A DNA stretch of 64,000 bases from Octopus sinensis. Taxonomy: Eukaryota. This document shows, one piece after another, positions 37,861 through 52,139 of the stretch (the stretch's first letter is position 1; each line of letters begins with the position of its first letter). The position numbers were made by a program, and so were the translations under genes. The DNA is taken from contig NC_043013.1 in NCBI RefSeq assembly GCF_006345805.1, forward strand, positions 1,178,001 through 1,242,000, given 5' to 3'. The notes under the pieces are model-generated. The model was not told the origin of the DNA, searched no databases, and was given only the letters and a program-made list of their open reading frames with translations.

Positions 37861-38854
37861 AACAATTATTGCAAATGTGTTGCTAATGTAGAAAACCTTC
37901 ATTAGTTGTAAAGTAGGACAAGTGAACTAAAGTGATAGATATGCAACAACATATCCTACAATTATTTAAGCCACCTCATCATGACATCATCTTCACATAA
38001 AATTTCACACACATACACTAACATAAAAAGTTTAATGATGTGAAAAAAGAAAAGAAAAAAATAATCATATAAACAGTCGACTGGTGGAAAGGGAGATTAA
38101 CCCCAAAGCAAGTTGTTTTCTATTAAAGAGAAAACAGCAAAGAAAAGAAAATAGTACATCAAGAAATTAGACTACCAAGTGGTCGTAACACTCAAAACAT
38201 TTTATTTATTCGTATACAAGATTGTACAATACATATTAACACAATTTTTCAAATACCAACATTGAAAGACTCCATCAATGAACAACAAATTACTGTAATA
38301 CTAAATCATACATTTAAAATTAAACTTGGCTAACTTCGCATTCCTAGTCAACTAAGAGACACAATAACAAAACAAGGGGGGAAACAAAATGTTGGAAAAT
38401 CATTCAAATTTCCCATCTCATTTCAATGTTAAAAACAATAATTATCTTGATAAGCAATCAATTTCAATATCATTATAAATTTCCTGATTATTCATAGCCT
38501 ATAATTTCTAACAAAGGGCCTAATCTAAATTGTTAATGTATTTCTATTCAACATGCTTATATACATTTCCGTTGTATTTCCCACAAAACCCAGGTCTCAA
38601 AATGAGAAGAGTAGTATTTTTAGCAAAGCTAAACAGCCAATGCTTCAAATAATCCACAGAAGAAAAGATTTCTCCTAAGCTTATGGAAATCAGCTATGGA
38701 GAAACAAAGCAAACAGTTGGCAGATGATGCAAATATGTCTTTAAAAGATTAATATTAGAAGTGAGAGTATGTGTGTATAGTCTTGTACACACATTGTAAA
38801 TATACCCACCTACATTGAATACATCCTGTTATGTTGTTCACCTAGATGCATTTT

Positions 38855-38975
38855 GTACAGCACTGTCCAGCTAGGTGCACTTTGTACAGCATTGTCTAAC
38901 TAAATACAGTACTGTCCAGCTGGGGTGCAGTCCATACTGCTGTCCAGCTAAATGCACTTTGGTATGACACTAGAC
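38855..38975. repeat. Degenerate ~29-bp minisatellite (about 4 copies)
   Basis: Recurring ACAGCACTGTCCAGCTA(GG/AA)TGCACTTT motif. Confidence 0.55.
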
Positions 38976-39034
38976 AAGATACCTAAGTGCATGGTTACCC
39001 TTGATCACTCTACTCAGTTCTAACTGGAGATAGT

Positions 39035-39245
39035 TTAACCTTTTAATACTCAGATTACTCTGTCAAATGTAATGTTTATTAATTCACATTGTTTTGAATT
39101 AATTAGACATTATGTTGTAGCTTTGAGATTTCAGTGATGTGACTATTTTTAGAACAACATTGCAGGGTAGGCATGAGAGGCTGGATCTGGCTGGTCTGAA
39201 CATAAAATAGAACACTCAGGCTGGATAAGCCTGGTTTAAATGGTA
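39035..39245. mobile_element. piggyBac-like MITE family 2
   Basis: TTAACCTTTTAATACTCAGATTAC...GGTTTAAATGG. Confidence 0.65.
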
Positions 39246-40314
39246 GATGATATAGATTTAACGTTGCTTCTCTTTTAATAACATTTAAGAACTTAAAAGA
39301 AAAAACAGGATCAACTAAAAAAAAATAAAAGAGGTTAAACAGAAAAGGTCAGACATGATTGTAAGAAGAAAATCGTCTTGAAAGCTTAGTTGTTATCCAG
39401 TTTAGATTTCCTACAAATATCAAAACAATTCCAATAGATACATCACCCAAACTAAAAAGAATTTATGTTATTTTGGGAGGGAACATTTCATGCCAGTGCA
39501 CAGCAAACTATCGAGAATTTTGTTTTGTTTTGTTTTTTTTTCCATCTTAAATTTAAATAAAATAATCAGAGAGCAACAGAATAAGAAACATGTTGACTTA
39601 ATGGATCATTCAAATTTCTACAACTCAGAATTCAAAACTAAAACTATGACAAAAATGCAAACTATGACTGAAAATCCGACTTCTTAGGAAATATTGATAC
39701 CAAGAGACTTCAATTAAAATATAGATATTTTTATAAAAAAAAAAAAAAAACAACTGACAGATTATATAAATAACATTACTATTGCAAAATTATTTGGAAG
39801 AATCAATGAATTTTAAAACAGAAAAGATGTAGGAGCAAAGTAATTTTGTTTAATGACTATTAAAAATTTACTATTAAAAATTTACTGAGCCTAAATTTTA
39901 TGCATGGATTCAGCAAGAATTTTCCAACTTTATAACATAATTTCTTGTTATTCCTCTTGATTTAGAAAACTAAATCAATTTCAAAAACTAGTTAATGTAG
40001 TAGTTTCTGAAACTAATTTAAAATCATGCTGAGAAAAGAAAGCACCTCCAGGTTGCAAATAAGGTATTGAGTTAGCAGTCCAGTCACGTGAAAATATCAA
40101 TGGAAAGCAAAACAAACCCACCTAACTTGATCAAAAGAGGCTCTTTAGTCTCAGAGATCAAAGGCATATTTTTGCCAAAACTTGTCAAAGGAAATTGGAA
40201 GGCCATGGAAAGATTTTTGTAAATAACATGAAACTATTAGAAAGGACTGTACATGATGCGTAACTTGAAAGTCATACTTTACACAGAGATGAAGGATTTT
40301 GGAGAAGAAAAGAA

Positions 40315-40640
40315 TTGTTGCATAGGCACAGGGTATGGCTACGTGATTCAGTCCCACTATGTGGCACCTTGGACAAGCGTCTTCTACTTGTAGCTCCAGG
40401 ACAACCAACACCTTGTGAGTGAATTTGGTAGATGGAAACTATGTGGAAGCCTGTCACGTGTCTCTGTATGTATATAAACACACACAAGCACACATGTGTA
40501 TTTGTGTTTGCCCACCACCACCATTTGACAACCGGTATTGGTTCATTTGCCTCCCTGTAACTTAGCGATTTGGCAAGAGATTCAGAGGTGCCAGACTTAA
40601 AAGAATAAGTACCAAGGTCAATTGTTCAAGGCAATGCCCT
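40315..40640 (+). mobile_element. SINE family A (diverged)
   Basis: Head and tail modules are recognisable. Confidence 0.7.
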
Positions 40641-42162
40641 AAACTTGTTCGTGTTCACAGACCCTGCAACTGAAACAAGTGGAAAGGAAAAAGTTCATCA
40701 TCATCATTATTTTTACACCTGCTTTACCATGCTTGCATCCATTGGACAGGTCCACTCTAATACAGCAACCCATCATTTATTGTATTCATTGGTCATCCTG
40801 AGATCACCTTTCACCACTTCAGTCCATGTCTTCCTTGGCCTTAGATCTCAAGGTGTCTCTTTGCTTATCTGTCATCATCCATAATCATTACATGTCCACA
40901 CCAACAAAGTCATCTCTCTCTCTCTCACACACACACAGCATCTGATTCCATCATGTCCAGTTTTTCTCTAAGCTCATCTACACCACACACTGCTCATATG
41001 CACAATCATTTAACATCCCATAATATATATTCACTTCATTTCTCTCTCTCCAGCTTTCACACACACACACAACAATACCTGCATTTCACCACATGAAGCA
41101 CTGCACTTCATACACAAGCAGCAACAAATCTACCATTTCCTCTTGTTGACAGCCAAGCTAATAGCTGCTCCCTGACCCTTTTTCCAGTTTGGTCTTGGGT
41201 CCCTGTACTGTGCTTTCAGAGCATCTCCTTCACAGCTGATTACGTAGCCTCACTAACAGAAGCTATCAACTACAAACTACAAAGCCTTACTACGGAGAAT
41301 TACATATTCTTTATTCACTCTCAGCCTGTTCTATATATCAAGCATGGCCATTTCTTTGATAGCAACAGGGTTTTTTTTTCTTTTCTACACACTAAAACTT
41401 TAGTATTTACCAATTTTGTTCTGAAGCCACATGATTCCAGTTTTTCTCACATCTAGAATTTCTTCTCTCAATGTCTTTCTCAGACTCTGCTAGAAGGACT
41501 AGGTCATTGGCATATAAAAGTTCTCATAGACAGCTGGCCTAGAACTATAAATAGGAGTAACTCACAAGATATCACAAGAATTGAGGCCTTAAAAAATTTC
41601 ATGCAGCACTCTTCTAAACAAACATTTTATTCAATTTTCTTCAGTTGAAATAACCAAAAGTGAGATTCTTTAAGATTTGATCAACCAAATGAAGAATCTC
41701 GTTATAACAGTTAATAAAGTATTTGAAATTATAGAGCAATTTCCATCAGACTAACATACTGAGACTATTTGTAAAATATAAATTCCTTTCTTTAATGTCA
41801 TTTACTGAATATCTTATGTGAGAATAAATTAAAAACAATTAAATCTCTTTTTCAATGTGTAATGACAGAGATTCCCAACAAACTACCAAATACCAAAAAA
41901 TTAATGATTCTGGAAAAAAAAAAATTTTAAGAGACAAACTTATAAAACAAGAAAAGGTCTTAAGAATTTGTTGCTTCAAGGATGAACATGAAAACCAAAT
42001 CCTTTATTTATTATCATGAACTTGACATAACCTTGAAATAAACAGTCTTACTCCATGTTCGTGAAAGAAATGAAAACATAAGCATGACTGAACAAGTAAC
42101 AATTTGTTTCATATGGAGTTATTTCAGGAACAAAGTTAAGAATAACTCTATATATATATGTA

Positions 42163-42193
<31 letters not shown>

Positions 42194-42195
<2 letters not shown>

Positions 42196-42930
42196 CATCA
42201 TCATCGTTTAACGTCCGCTTTCCACGCTAGCACGGGTTGGACAATTCGACCGGGGTCTGGGAAGCCAGGAGGCTGCACCAGGCTCCAGTCTGATCTGGCA
42301 GTGTTTCTACAGCTGGATGCCCTTCCTAACGCCAACCACTCCATGAGTGTAGTGGCTGCTTTTTACGTGCCACCTGCACAACCACATTCAAAATATTCTT
42401 GCTAGTTATATCTCTGACTGGCACATTTTAATTAAGAAATCATCATCGTTTAATGTCTGTTTTCCATGCTGGCATGGATTGGACAATTTGACTGGGAACT
42501 GACAAACCAGGAGGCCACACCAGGTTCCAATCTGATTTGGCAATGTTTCTACAGCCAGTTGCCCTTCCTAACGTCAACCACTCAAAGAGTGCAGTAGGTG
42601 TTTTTATGTGCCACTGGCACGGGAGCCAATCAGGCGGCACTGGATTCAACCACATTCAAATTATGCTTTTTATGTGCCACCAGCACAAGAGCCAGTCAAG
42701 GTGGGGGTGCTGACATCAACCATGTTTGGATGGTGCTTTTTACATTCCACCGGCATGGGAGCCAGTCAGGTGGCACTGGATTCAGCAACACTCAGATGGT
42801 GCTTTTTATGTGCCACTGGTATAAAGGAGCCAGTCGAGGTGTGGGGGGACTGACATCACCACATTTGGATGGTGCTTTTTATGTGCCGCTGGCATGAGGT
42901 GCCAGTCAGATGGCTCTGGCAGCAACCCAA
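42194..42930 (-). mobile_element. Two adjacent RTE LINE 3' UTR fragments; the second has about 5 degenerate ~60-bp units
   Basis: CATCATCGTTTAA at 42200 and 42441. Repeated GGTGCTTTTTATGTGCCAC at 42597-42890. Confidence 0.8.
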
Positions 42931-43694
42931 ACAGCCAATACAGAGTTTCAAACTAGACGTATTAGCCACCCATCTATCAATTCAGAGTTGATAAAATACC
43001 AGTGATACACTACTGTTGAGTGAATCAACACACCTCGTCTGCAAAATATAAATATAAATCCGAGTCATAAATTCTAATATGGATATAGATTTAATGTAGT
43101 GCCAACTTACTGTCATAAACCATGTTGTGACAGTGAAACTACTTATTGTCTTTGTGAAATCAATACATTGCAGATACTTTCTAGAATGTATCTGCAATAT
43201 ATTGACTGAAACAGCAGACAACGTACACAGTACTAGCAACACCAGTCAGTCAGTCAATGTTTGATTACAAACGAGAGCTACTGGCAGGATATCTTGTTCA
43301 GCATTAATTACTCATAAGTGGAAACAGATTATTTGAGATTTATAATATAAAGTAGAAATCACATAAGTTTGCAATCTACCATAAAAAGGGTTGCTTAACT
43401 GCAACCTATTAATGTTTAGTTTTAGAAGAAATAAAACTTTAAACGTTCATCTGGTGGATGGGTGGCTGATTTGGTAGAGCATCAGATAAAACACTTTCTA
43501 ATATTTCATTGAATCCCTTTTTTTTTTGTCATTTTCTGATTAAATCCTACCCAAGTCCACTTTGTGTTCCAACCTTTCAAGAGCAAGAAACCTAAATACC
43601 AGTCAAAATAATGACAGGGCAGATGACTCTAGAATGCACTACACAGATATAGACACAATCCAACACTGAAACTAGAAAAATAAAAATGCATATA

Positions 43695-44506
43695 AGCAGA
43701 GGAGTGGCTGTGTGGTAAGAAGCTTGCTTACCAACCACATGGTTCTGGGTTCATTCCCAATGCATAGCACCTTGGGCAAGTGTCTTCTACTATAGCCTAG
43801 GATGGTTTTTTTACTTTAACTTAAAATTGAGAGTTGAATTTGAAATGTTTGACACTGGAAAGAAACGAATTGAACACACTACATTAGATTGTGCTGACCA
43901 AAGCCTTGTGAGTAGATTTGGTAGGCAGAAACTGAAAGAAGCCTGTCGTATGTATGTGTGTGTGTGTGTATATGGAGGTGCAATGGCCCAGTGGTTAGGG
44001 CAGCGAACTCGCAGTCGTAGGATCGCGATTTCAATTCCCAGACCGGGCGTTGTGTGTGTTTATTGAGCGAAAACACCTAAAGCTCCACGAGGCTCCAGCA
44101 GGGGGTGGTGGCGATCCCTGCAGTATTCTTTCAACACAACTTTCTCTCACTCTTTCTTCTGTTGGCCCGCTCGCTTAGCCAGCGGGGTGGTGTCATTTGA
44201 AGGCTAAAACAATGCGAAGCGCATTGTGACCAGCAATGTGTAGAAACATCTGCTAGCCTGGTCGGTCACGGTGATATATACATATATATATGTGTGTGTA
44301 TGTGTATATATGCTTGTGTGTCTCTGTTTTTCCCTCCAACATTGCTTGGTGGTGTGTTTATGTCCCTGTAACTTAGTGGTTCGGCAAAAGAGAACCGATA
44401 GAATAAGTACTGGGCTTACAAAGAATAAGTCCTGGGGTCGATTTGCTCGACTAAAGGCGGTGCTCCAGCATGGCCACAGTCAAATGACTGAAACAAGTAA
44501 AAGAGT
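43695..44506 (+). mobile_element. SINE family A interrupted by a 95-bp insert and by a SINE B
   Basis: Head 43695-43800, foreign insert 43801-43895, resumes GACCAAAGCCTTGTGAG, SINE B 43973-44274, tail to 44506. Confidence 0.85.
43973..44274 (+). mobile_element. tRNA-derived SINE family B nested in SINE A
   Basis: TGGAGGTGCAATGGCCCAGTGGTTAGGGC...GGTCGGTCACGGTGA. Confidence 0.88.
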
Positions 44507-44689
44507 GATAATTGATTTCACATATGTCTGTAACCTTACAGCCACAAGTCTACAACTTAATTACTTAATAGGATGGCTTTTCACTTTAACTTAAAACTGA
44601 GAGTTGAATTTGAAATGTTTGACACTGGAAAGAAACGAATTGAACCGACTGCATCAGATGCGCAATTTATTACTTTTTTTTTTATTAAC

Positions 44690-45960
44690 TGTTTGGTTTC
44701 TTGGACAGGGTTGTGCATACAACTTTTACAAACCATCTGTGACAAGTGTGGAAGGAACAGGAATAGTATAGCATAGAAGAGTGAATCAGGAGTGGATGCG
44801 TGGCGAATGCACAAGTGGATCCATCTCTAAGGAGCAGAGGCCATTGTTGTAGTGATAAGAGAGTATGTCTGTGAACTAGACACACTGTATGTCTAGTATT
44901 GGCAGATAATTTTAGGCTAATCAGTTGGGTAACCATTTTCTAGGTTATCTCTGTGCCACAGCAGCACTGCTCATGATGTGGAAGCATTATTATATTATGG
45001 ATGTCATTTGAGCTTTGTAAAAAGTTAGTTGCTGAAAGGCACTAAAATATAATTTGGCTCTGAAGTGGAAGGATGGTCTTTTTGAAGCAATCTTTACTAA
45101 GTTGAAGATGAGCAATCACCACCAAGAGAGATCCTCACTCATGAGGGTTCTAGATGCTTCTTGTTCCTGTCTGAGAGAGGGGTTGTTTTCTAGACACGTA
45201 TAGCAATGACTCCCTAATGTTGATGACAAGATTCACATCACTACTGGAGAATGGTTTTGAGGTTTCTGTTCAAGGAATCTGTTCAAGTTTGGTGTGAGAA
45301 TGTCAACATTGCAGCCGTATGATGCTTAGAAAACATAAGTCCAATGAGTAATAATCATCAGCATAGAAGTACATGCTGATGGAGACAGTGGCAAGTAGGT
45401 CAATGATGTATAGGGAAAAGTAGGAGGAAAATAAATTAACCTTGGGGTGCACAAGACTTGATAGAATTGAGGCCAAACAGAGTTCTATGAACACAAGCTG
45501 TGAATTCAAGAGATGAGAAAATGGCTTGAGTTCACAGACAGGCAGCTTTGCTAGAGTTATTTGCCAAATATGTCTAAATGTTTTGTTAATGCCATGTGCA
45601 ACTTTGTCACAGCAGAGAGCCAGTTAAGAGTGATGTAGGATGGAAGGTCTCTACAAGAAATAGCTATGCAAAAGCTGTACTTGTTATCATTAGAGAGGAA
45701 GGAAGATTTAATCAATCACTCTACAAGAAAAGTTAAGCACTGGTATTTATGAGAGCCAATCATGCTAGTATGCAAGAGTACAACAGGTCTAAAAGTGTCA
45801 AAAGTTGATGCACTATACATGTGATAAGGAGAGATCAAGGGAAATTTTGAAAAGTTGATGATTGGGTCACACAAATTCAAAACAGAGATAGAATTGCTTT
45901 ATTACAAATTGTTTTTACTCTATTAACTTTGGTTATGATGACAAGGATGAACTAAGTGGA
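44690..45960 (-). mobile_element. Decayed CR1/L2-clade LINE reverse transcriptase
   Basis: Minus-strand VHPKVNLFSSYFSLYIIDLL...FYADD (cf. GVPQGS..P.LF..YINDL...YADD), with upstream NDNKYSFC (cf. QYGFR). Confidence 0.7.
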
Positions 45961-46207
45961 TGATACACTGATTCTAACCTCTTCTCATGAGGAAGCACAC
46001 ATTTGACATGGCTGATACTCAGAGTTCTGTTAGACTTTCAATGAGATTATACAGGGGAAGGAAAGAAATATTAACACATCTTTCTAAATGCTGCTCATAT
46101 CAGTGTTACTTTATACAGTGAAGCCCCTAACAGCCAAACTGAACTCACTTATGTACACAATAAAAACAGCAACAAACAAAATTAGAGAGAAGACTCAACG
46201 TCCAGCA

Positions 46208-46435
46208 TTAACCCTTTAGCATTTAATCTGGTCATATTTGGCCAAAATATTCTCTCCTGTTTTAGGTTCAAACTGGCCAGATCCCATCTCTCACACCTAC
46301 TCTACAATATCATTTTAAAAATATACAGGTACATCGTTGAAATCTTGAAGTTACAAGATAATCCAGGATTAATTTTAAATAATGTGAATAAATAAGCAAC
46401 GCATTTGACAAAGAAATCTGAATGCTAAAGAGTTA
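46208..46435. mobile_element. piggyBac-like MITE family 2
   Basis: TTAACCCTTTAGCATT...GAATGCTAAAGAGTTA TIRs. A further copy lies at about 48120-48340. Confidence 0.8.
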
Positions 46436-49057
46436 CGAGATTCTTTGACATTTTCAGATTTAATGGCTGTCAGGTCAGAACCTTATGGAAACATTAATAA
46501 AAGTAACACACATAACGTTCTCTAAAGATCCTACAACTAATTGAACTACTGGCCACCTCAATTTGATGAGTAATCCACAGGGAATCTTTCTTAATGAAGT
46601 ACTCATCATATAATCAGGCAGCTGATTTGGATACGTGTGTGTGTGTGTGTGTGTGTTGTGTACACTGGCTGAATATCCAATTAGTGATATGAACAAATAC
46701 TTTTGATATTATGCAATGTATGACAATGACTGCAACATGTGCAGCAAAATCTTCAGAACAATAATAGAACTCATCTACAACACATTTACATCAGACATCA
46801 TCATGTGAACCATGTGTCATCAGTTAAAAACCATTTGGACAAATGCCTTAACAAGATCAGTTGTGATCAAAGCTGTTGACAAGGTAATTCTCGAAACACC
46901 TTGAAGCAAGTCTCTCATAAGCTGCTTGACTCAATTAGTTTGTTTGAACTTAGGGTTTACAGCTTAGCAGATATCAGAAGCAGCTTTTTGATTTGATGCT
47001 TCATTTTACAACTAATTTTCATGCAACACTGTATTTGTGATTAGGACAGGATTTTGGGGGGTGGGGGTTAACGTGGAAAATACTTGTAAATGATACTTTT
47101 AAGTACTTTGAAATATAGGATTTAATGAAATCAGAAACTGATGAATGATCAATTAGGCTTATGCACAGAATTTACTTTCCTTTTAAAGAAATTGGTTTAC
47201 AATCTCAGAACTAAATTTTCAGTTAGCAGCCGAGTATTCTAAAGAATGGGTCTGAGGGAATGGTCATCCTGATAAAAAAAAAAGACCTAAAACAATCAAC
47301 ATTCTAAATATACTAATATTTATAGTTTGAGGAAGCAAACAGTGAGGCTGAAGTAGGTATGATCACTTAATTCCAGCAGTGTAGTGATGAAACTGGAGTA
47401 TGTTACAATGGCTGGGACAAGTTTAAATTACTCTGGCCTTTGTTGGTAATAAAGATATTTTTTAGGAAATGTCGATTGTATAAGGTCAAGTGCAATGATG
47501 TGGCAACGACATATGAAGAGCGTGAGCGAGTTGAGTGTTTGAATGGACAACATCATTTTTTTTTGTTAAATCCAGATTTGTTGAGAAATGACGAGTTTAA
47601 ATCACAAAATAATATCTGTATATGCACACTAATGAATCTTCCGATATACTGTGTTATGGATATATGAAGCTTTTTAGCTGAAAGCAGCTAATTATAATTA
47701 ATGTAAAAATGTTTGGCTAAAAGGGATGGGACTGGCATCAACCCAACGACTGAGATGGTTGGTTTCAATAACAATTTTGTAATAACTTTACAAAATTTTA
47801 TCACTTTTCTTGATTATTAAAAACATATCAAGCAGCCACTATACAAGCTGTAAGTATAGCATGGACAGGGTTTTAAATCTCATCTGGAGAGTTGCAAGTT
47901 CATAAACCCATTCCTGGTACTAAGCAACACCAAGAGGAAAGCCAGTAAGAAAAGACAAACTATTTCAGTGATAACATATTAAACTACCTGAAAACTGATT
48001 TGTAGCTTTTTTGTTTTTTTCTTTCAGTCCCAAAATTAAATTCTCTTGAATGAAAATGAATTCAAATGCTTAGTGAAGAGAAATAGTAATTAAATTATTT
48101 GTTACAATGAAGTAATATGAACCCTTTGGTGTCTAAACTGGCTGTATCCAGCCCAAATATTTTACCAGTTTTATGCTCAAGCTGGCCAGAACCAGCATCT
48201 CACACCTACCCTGCAATGTCATTCTAAAAATAAACAATTACATCTTTGAAATCTTAAAGCTACAAGATAATACCAGATTAATTTTTAAAATGTGAATAAG
48301 TAAGAATTAATTCTGACAAAATAATCTGAATGCTAAAGTTGAATTTTTGCTATATATTGTACAATGATGCCATGGAAGGTATTTGGTGCCAAATTAACCA
48401 AATCCACGGGTCTAAGAAATGAATACTAATCAAACTTCAACTGGCACAAAAAAAAAAAAAAAAGGATATCTAAACCTATTTTAAAAAGGACGTGTGTGCA
48501 CATGCGCATGCATGCAAGTATGAAGATATACAAATGCTTATACACAAGCAAAAACAAAACCCTATTTTACAGAGTCCTTCAAATCAAACTGCATATCAAA
48601 CAAATAGAGAAATCAACATGACTTTATTAGAAATTAGCATTTTCTTTTGACTGCCCTGTTCACTGGCGTGATAATAGAAAGAAAGCTTTTAAATAACCTC
48701 CACACATTGTCTACTCTTAACAGAATTTACAATGAAAAAGATGTTCTCGTAATGCCATTAATAAAGTTTGCCAAAGAGAAAGCTGAACTTTAAGAATTTA
48801 TCATTGGAAACAAAACAAGACATTGTTTCAAAAATAGATCATAAATGCTTTTATAACATGTTTAATAGTAGCTGCTTTGTTAGATAAGTGACTTTGGTAT
48901 ATTTCTAAATAAACATTTCGTAATATAAATACATACAATATTGGTTAAATATTTATTATTATTATAACAAATCACACACAAAAAATACCAGAGATGACAA
49001 TGAAATTAACAGATATAGATTTATTCTTTAAGAGTAAAATTTTTAAATATGTAAATC

Positions 49058-49061
<4 letters not shown>

Positions 49062-49101
<40 letters not shown>

Positions 49102-49102
49102 C

Positions 49103-49132
<30 letters not shown>
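49062..49132. repeat. (TA)n microsatellite
   Basis: Direct inspection. Confidence 0.95.
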
Positions 49133-49133
<1 letters not shown>

Positions 49134-50699
49134 AGCTGTAGTTAGTAATTCCTCACCATCTTTATCTTTGTTTTAACATGTAACTTTTCTAGTAATGCTG
49201 ACAAGTTACTAACTAGCATTCATGTTTTGCCATGTTAATGCACAAAATCCTGAAGGGAACAAGATGGCTGCCAGAGGTAAAAATGCTGAGCAGCATTTTG
49301 TCCATCATTACATTCTGGGTTCAGATTCCACCAAGGATGACTTTGCCTTTCATCCTTTCGAGGTTGATAAGTACAAGTTGAGCACTGGGGGGGAGGGGGG
49401 TCAAAGTAATTGACTTACCCCCTCCTCCAGACTTGCTGGCGTTGTGCCACAATCTGAAAAGATCTTTATGACAACATGGGAAGGGTGTTTGCTTGATATG
49501 GAGGAAAAGAATAGTTAGCAACTCAACACTGTGTACTCAATGCAATGAATGAGTAAAGAAAAGGTGCAGTGGGAGGATGTGTTGCAAACCGAATGAGAAT
49601 TAGGCCATCATCAGCTGCTGAAGAGACACAACAGTAGAAGCACACATGAAATGTTGAGCTGGGCCGACAATGAGAAGTAAATATTTATGTTACTTAAATG
49701 ATAAAATTAGGGCTGGGTATGGTAGTTGTAGAACGGTAAATTAACTATGACACTGAAGATAGGAAGAAGACTAAAGTACAGCAGGAGTGATGACAGTGGA
49801 CCAGATAAAGCAATGATTAGAGGTGAAGTTTGTCAAGAGAACATTGTCAGTGATGATGTCCTGAGTATCATTAAAGGATTGCATGTAATGAATGAATGAA
49901 AAGTTCAAAACAACAAAATGGATTAGCAATATATCCAACACACTTGCCACATGGAAAGCTCCCAGAGATAACAGCATTCCAGTTGAAATTGTCTGTGCAT
50001 AAGAAAGTTTTATCAGTGAGCTGCATAACATCAGCATGTAATGGCAGGAAGGGTGTTATTACACGAAATATGAGGGATACCAACATCATCATCATCATCA
50101 CCACTGTACAAAAGCACCTGTAAAAACTATGAGGCATTTTTCATATACTTTGTTAGGAAGCTCTTTGCACAAATTAACTAAAAAATATTTGTTTTACCTC
50201 CTATTAAGTCACAATTCAAAACAAAGAGACTAAGGGTTTTTTGTTGTTTTTTTTACTTTACTTTCTCTCAGGAAACTGTAGCAAAGAACAGAAGAACAGA
50301 AGATGCTGTCCTGCATTTCTTCAAAGCCATTTGTTTGTGAAATGAAGGGGACCATAATTTTCAAGTTTCGCATCTGAGGCATTTAACTTACAAATGGCAT
50401 TATACACGGTTGCATTCTAACCCCAAACACTGATATTTTTGCTCTTGTCCTGCTAAGGTACAGATCTAGTTCATTCACAAAACCAATTTATTTCTGGATT
50501 AATTCAGGACTTCATATTCAGTGACATTACTGCTCTCAGCCCTTTCACTGCAAAGGATCTTCAGTGCTTCCTTAATTGTTTCAGAAGGCTATGAAAGAAT
50601 TTCAAGATTAAAAACAGATCAGTTTCCATCTACCAAATCCACTCACAAGGAGCTAGTCAATAAGATCAAAAAGGTGATGTGCCACAGAAAACATTAGCA

Positions 50700-51130
50700 G
50701 CATTACTCAATTACAATCTGAAGCTCATCTACAAATTTGTGTAAGTTTAGTTCTGCAATCTCTGACAACTTTGTGAGCAAATTAAGATGGATGTGACCAG
50801 TCTATCCAGACAATGTGGACAAACACAAATCAACATCCTATCCACATTTCTTTTCAGCAACAAGATCTATACCTTTGCTATTAAAAGGTTGAACATCTTC
50901 ACATCTGCCACATAAGGTGGCAGCTCAAACATCTTTGAGGCAAACATAAATTTGTTCCACAAGAATGTCTGAAATGCATCTTAGGCAACACATATAAAAG
51001 CACAGAGCTTGGGAAATCTGCAATTCTAACCAAGCAGACACACTTCAAACAGAGGCGACTTCATTGGTTCAGATATTGCAGACTGAACAATAGCCACATT
51101 CACAAAGAATTAGGGACCCCCAGTTACACT
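50700..51130 (+). mobile_element. Decayed RTE LINE ORF2 fragment
   Basis: CLKCILG...KQRRLHWFRYCRLNNSH (cf. RCLRXILG...QRRLRWXGHVXRM). Confidence 0.55.
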
Positions 51131-52139
51131 ACAAAAACATCTGAGAATTCAAACCAAAAGCATTTGCTGTCAACACTGACACCTGATAAATAATAGCTTC
51201 AGAAAAGATAACAACTGGAAACAGAACAGTATTTCAAAAAGAGTCTGTTACGAGAAATGTATAAGTGATGTTGTAAATGCTAACCAAATGGTTATTGCCA
51301 AATTGTACCTTAATACTGTCGGCTATTGGCAGCAAGCAGCTGTTGCCAACAGAAGAAAGATTATATTCTAAGATAACACACACCTACATAATGATAGTGT
51401 TACACAACAAATTTGAGTGGGGGAGTTTTTGGTACACACTCCCATCATCCTCTGAAGTGAGAACCATCTTAAAAGAGCAGCTTTTCAGATTAAAACCCAT
51501 TTCATTTTCAGGACATCCAGTTTAGGGGTAAATTGTAAACAAGGACAAAGGGTATGTAAAATAACTTTAGAAACTGATGTTCATATACCTTGTAGGGAAA
51601 CAAAAATTACATATTTTCAATTGAAAGTAATCACTAATTACATGGCAGATGTAATTAGTGATTGTGAATGTTTTACATCAGTAACTGAGTTTTTGGTACT
51701 TCGGGTGTAAATGTAGCTTTCTGAAGTAGCTTTCAAAATGATGCAAGTATTGAATAAGAGCTGTGTCTAAGGAAATGATGATCTAAGTTTAAAAAATCTT
51801 ATCTAAAGATAGTTGCAGACTGATGGAATAATAATAGAGAGGAAAAACATACAGGAAGAATTTAGATGAATTCCATTATCTTGTTCCAGATGAAGTATGC
51901 AAGATAAACATATACATGTATGTAGAGTATGAGAGTGGAGAAGAATTGATGTGAGCTGGATTAACAGATTAGATTGTCATGTGAAGAAAGCATAAATGAT
52001 AAAAGAGAACATGACTTTCAGAAAAAAAGGAAAATAGGGTAAAAAATTTTGAAGTAATTTTTGGTAAATGCTGAAGAAAAATGAAAATAACAAGGGTTCT
52101 TTAAAAAAACTGTAAATGGAACATGAGCTTTACTTGTTT

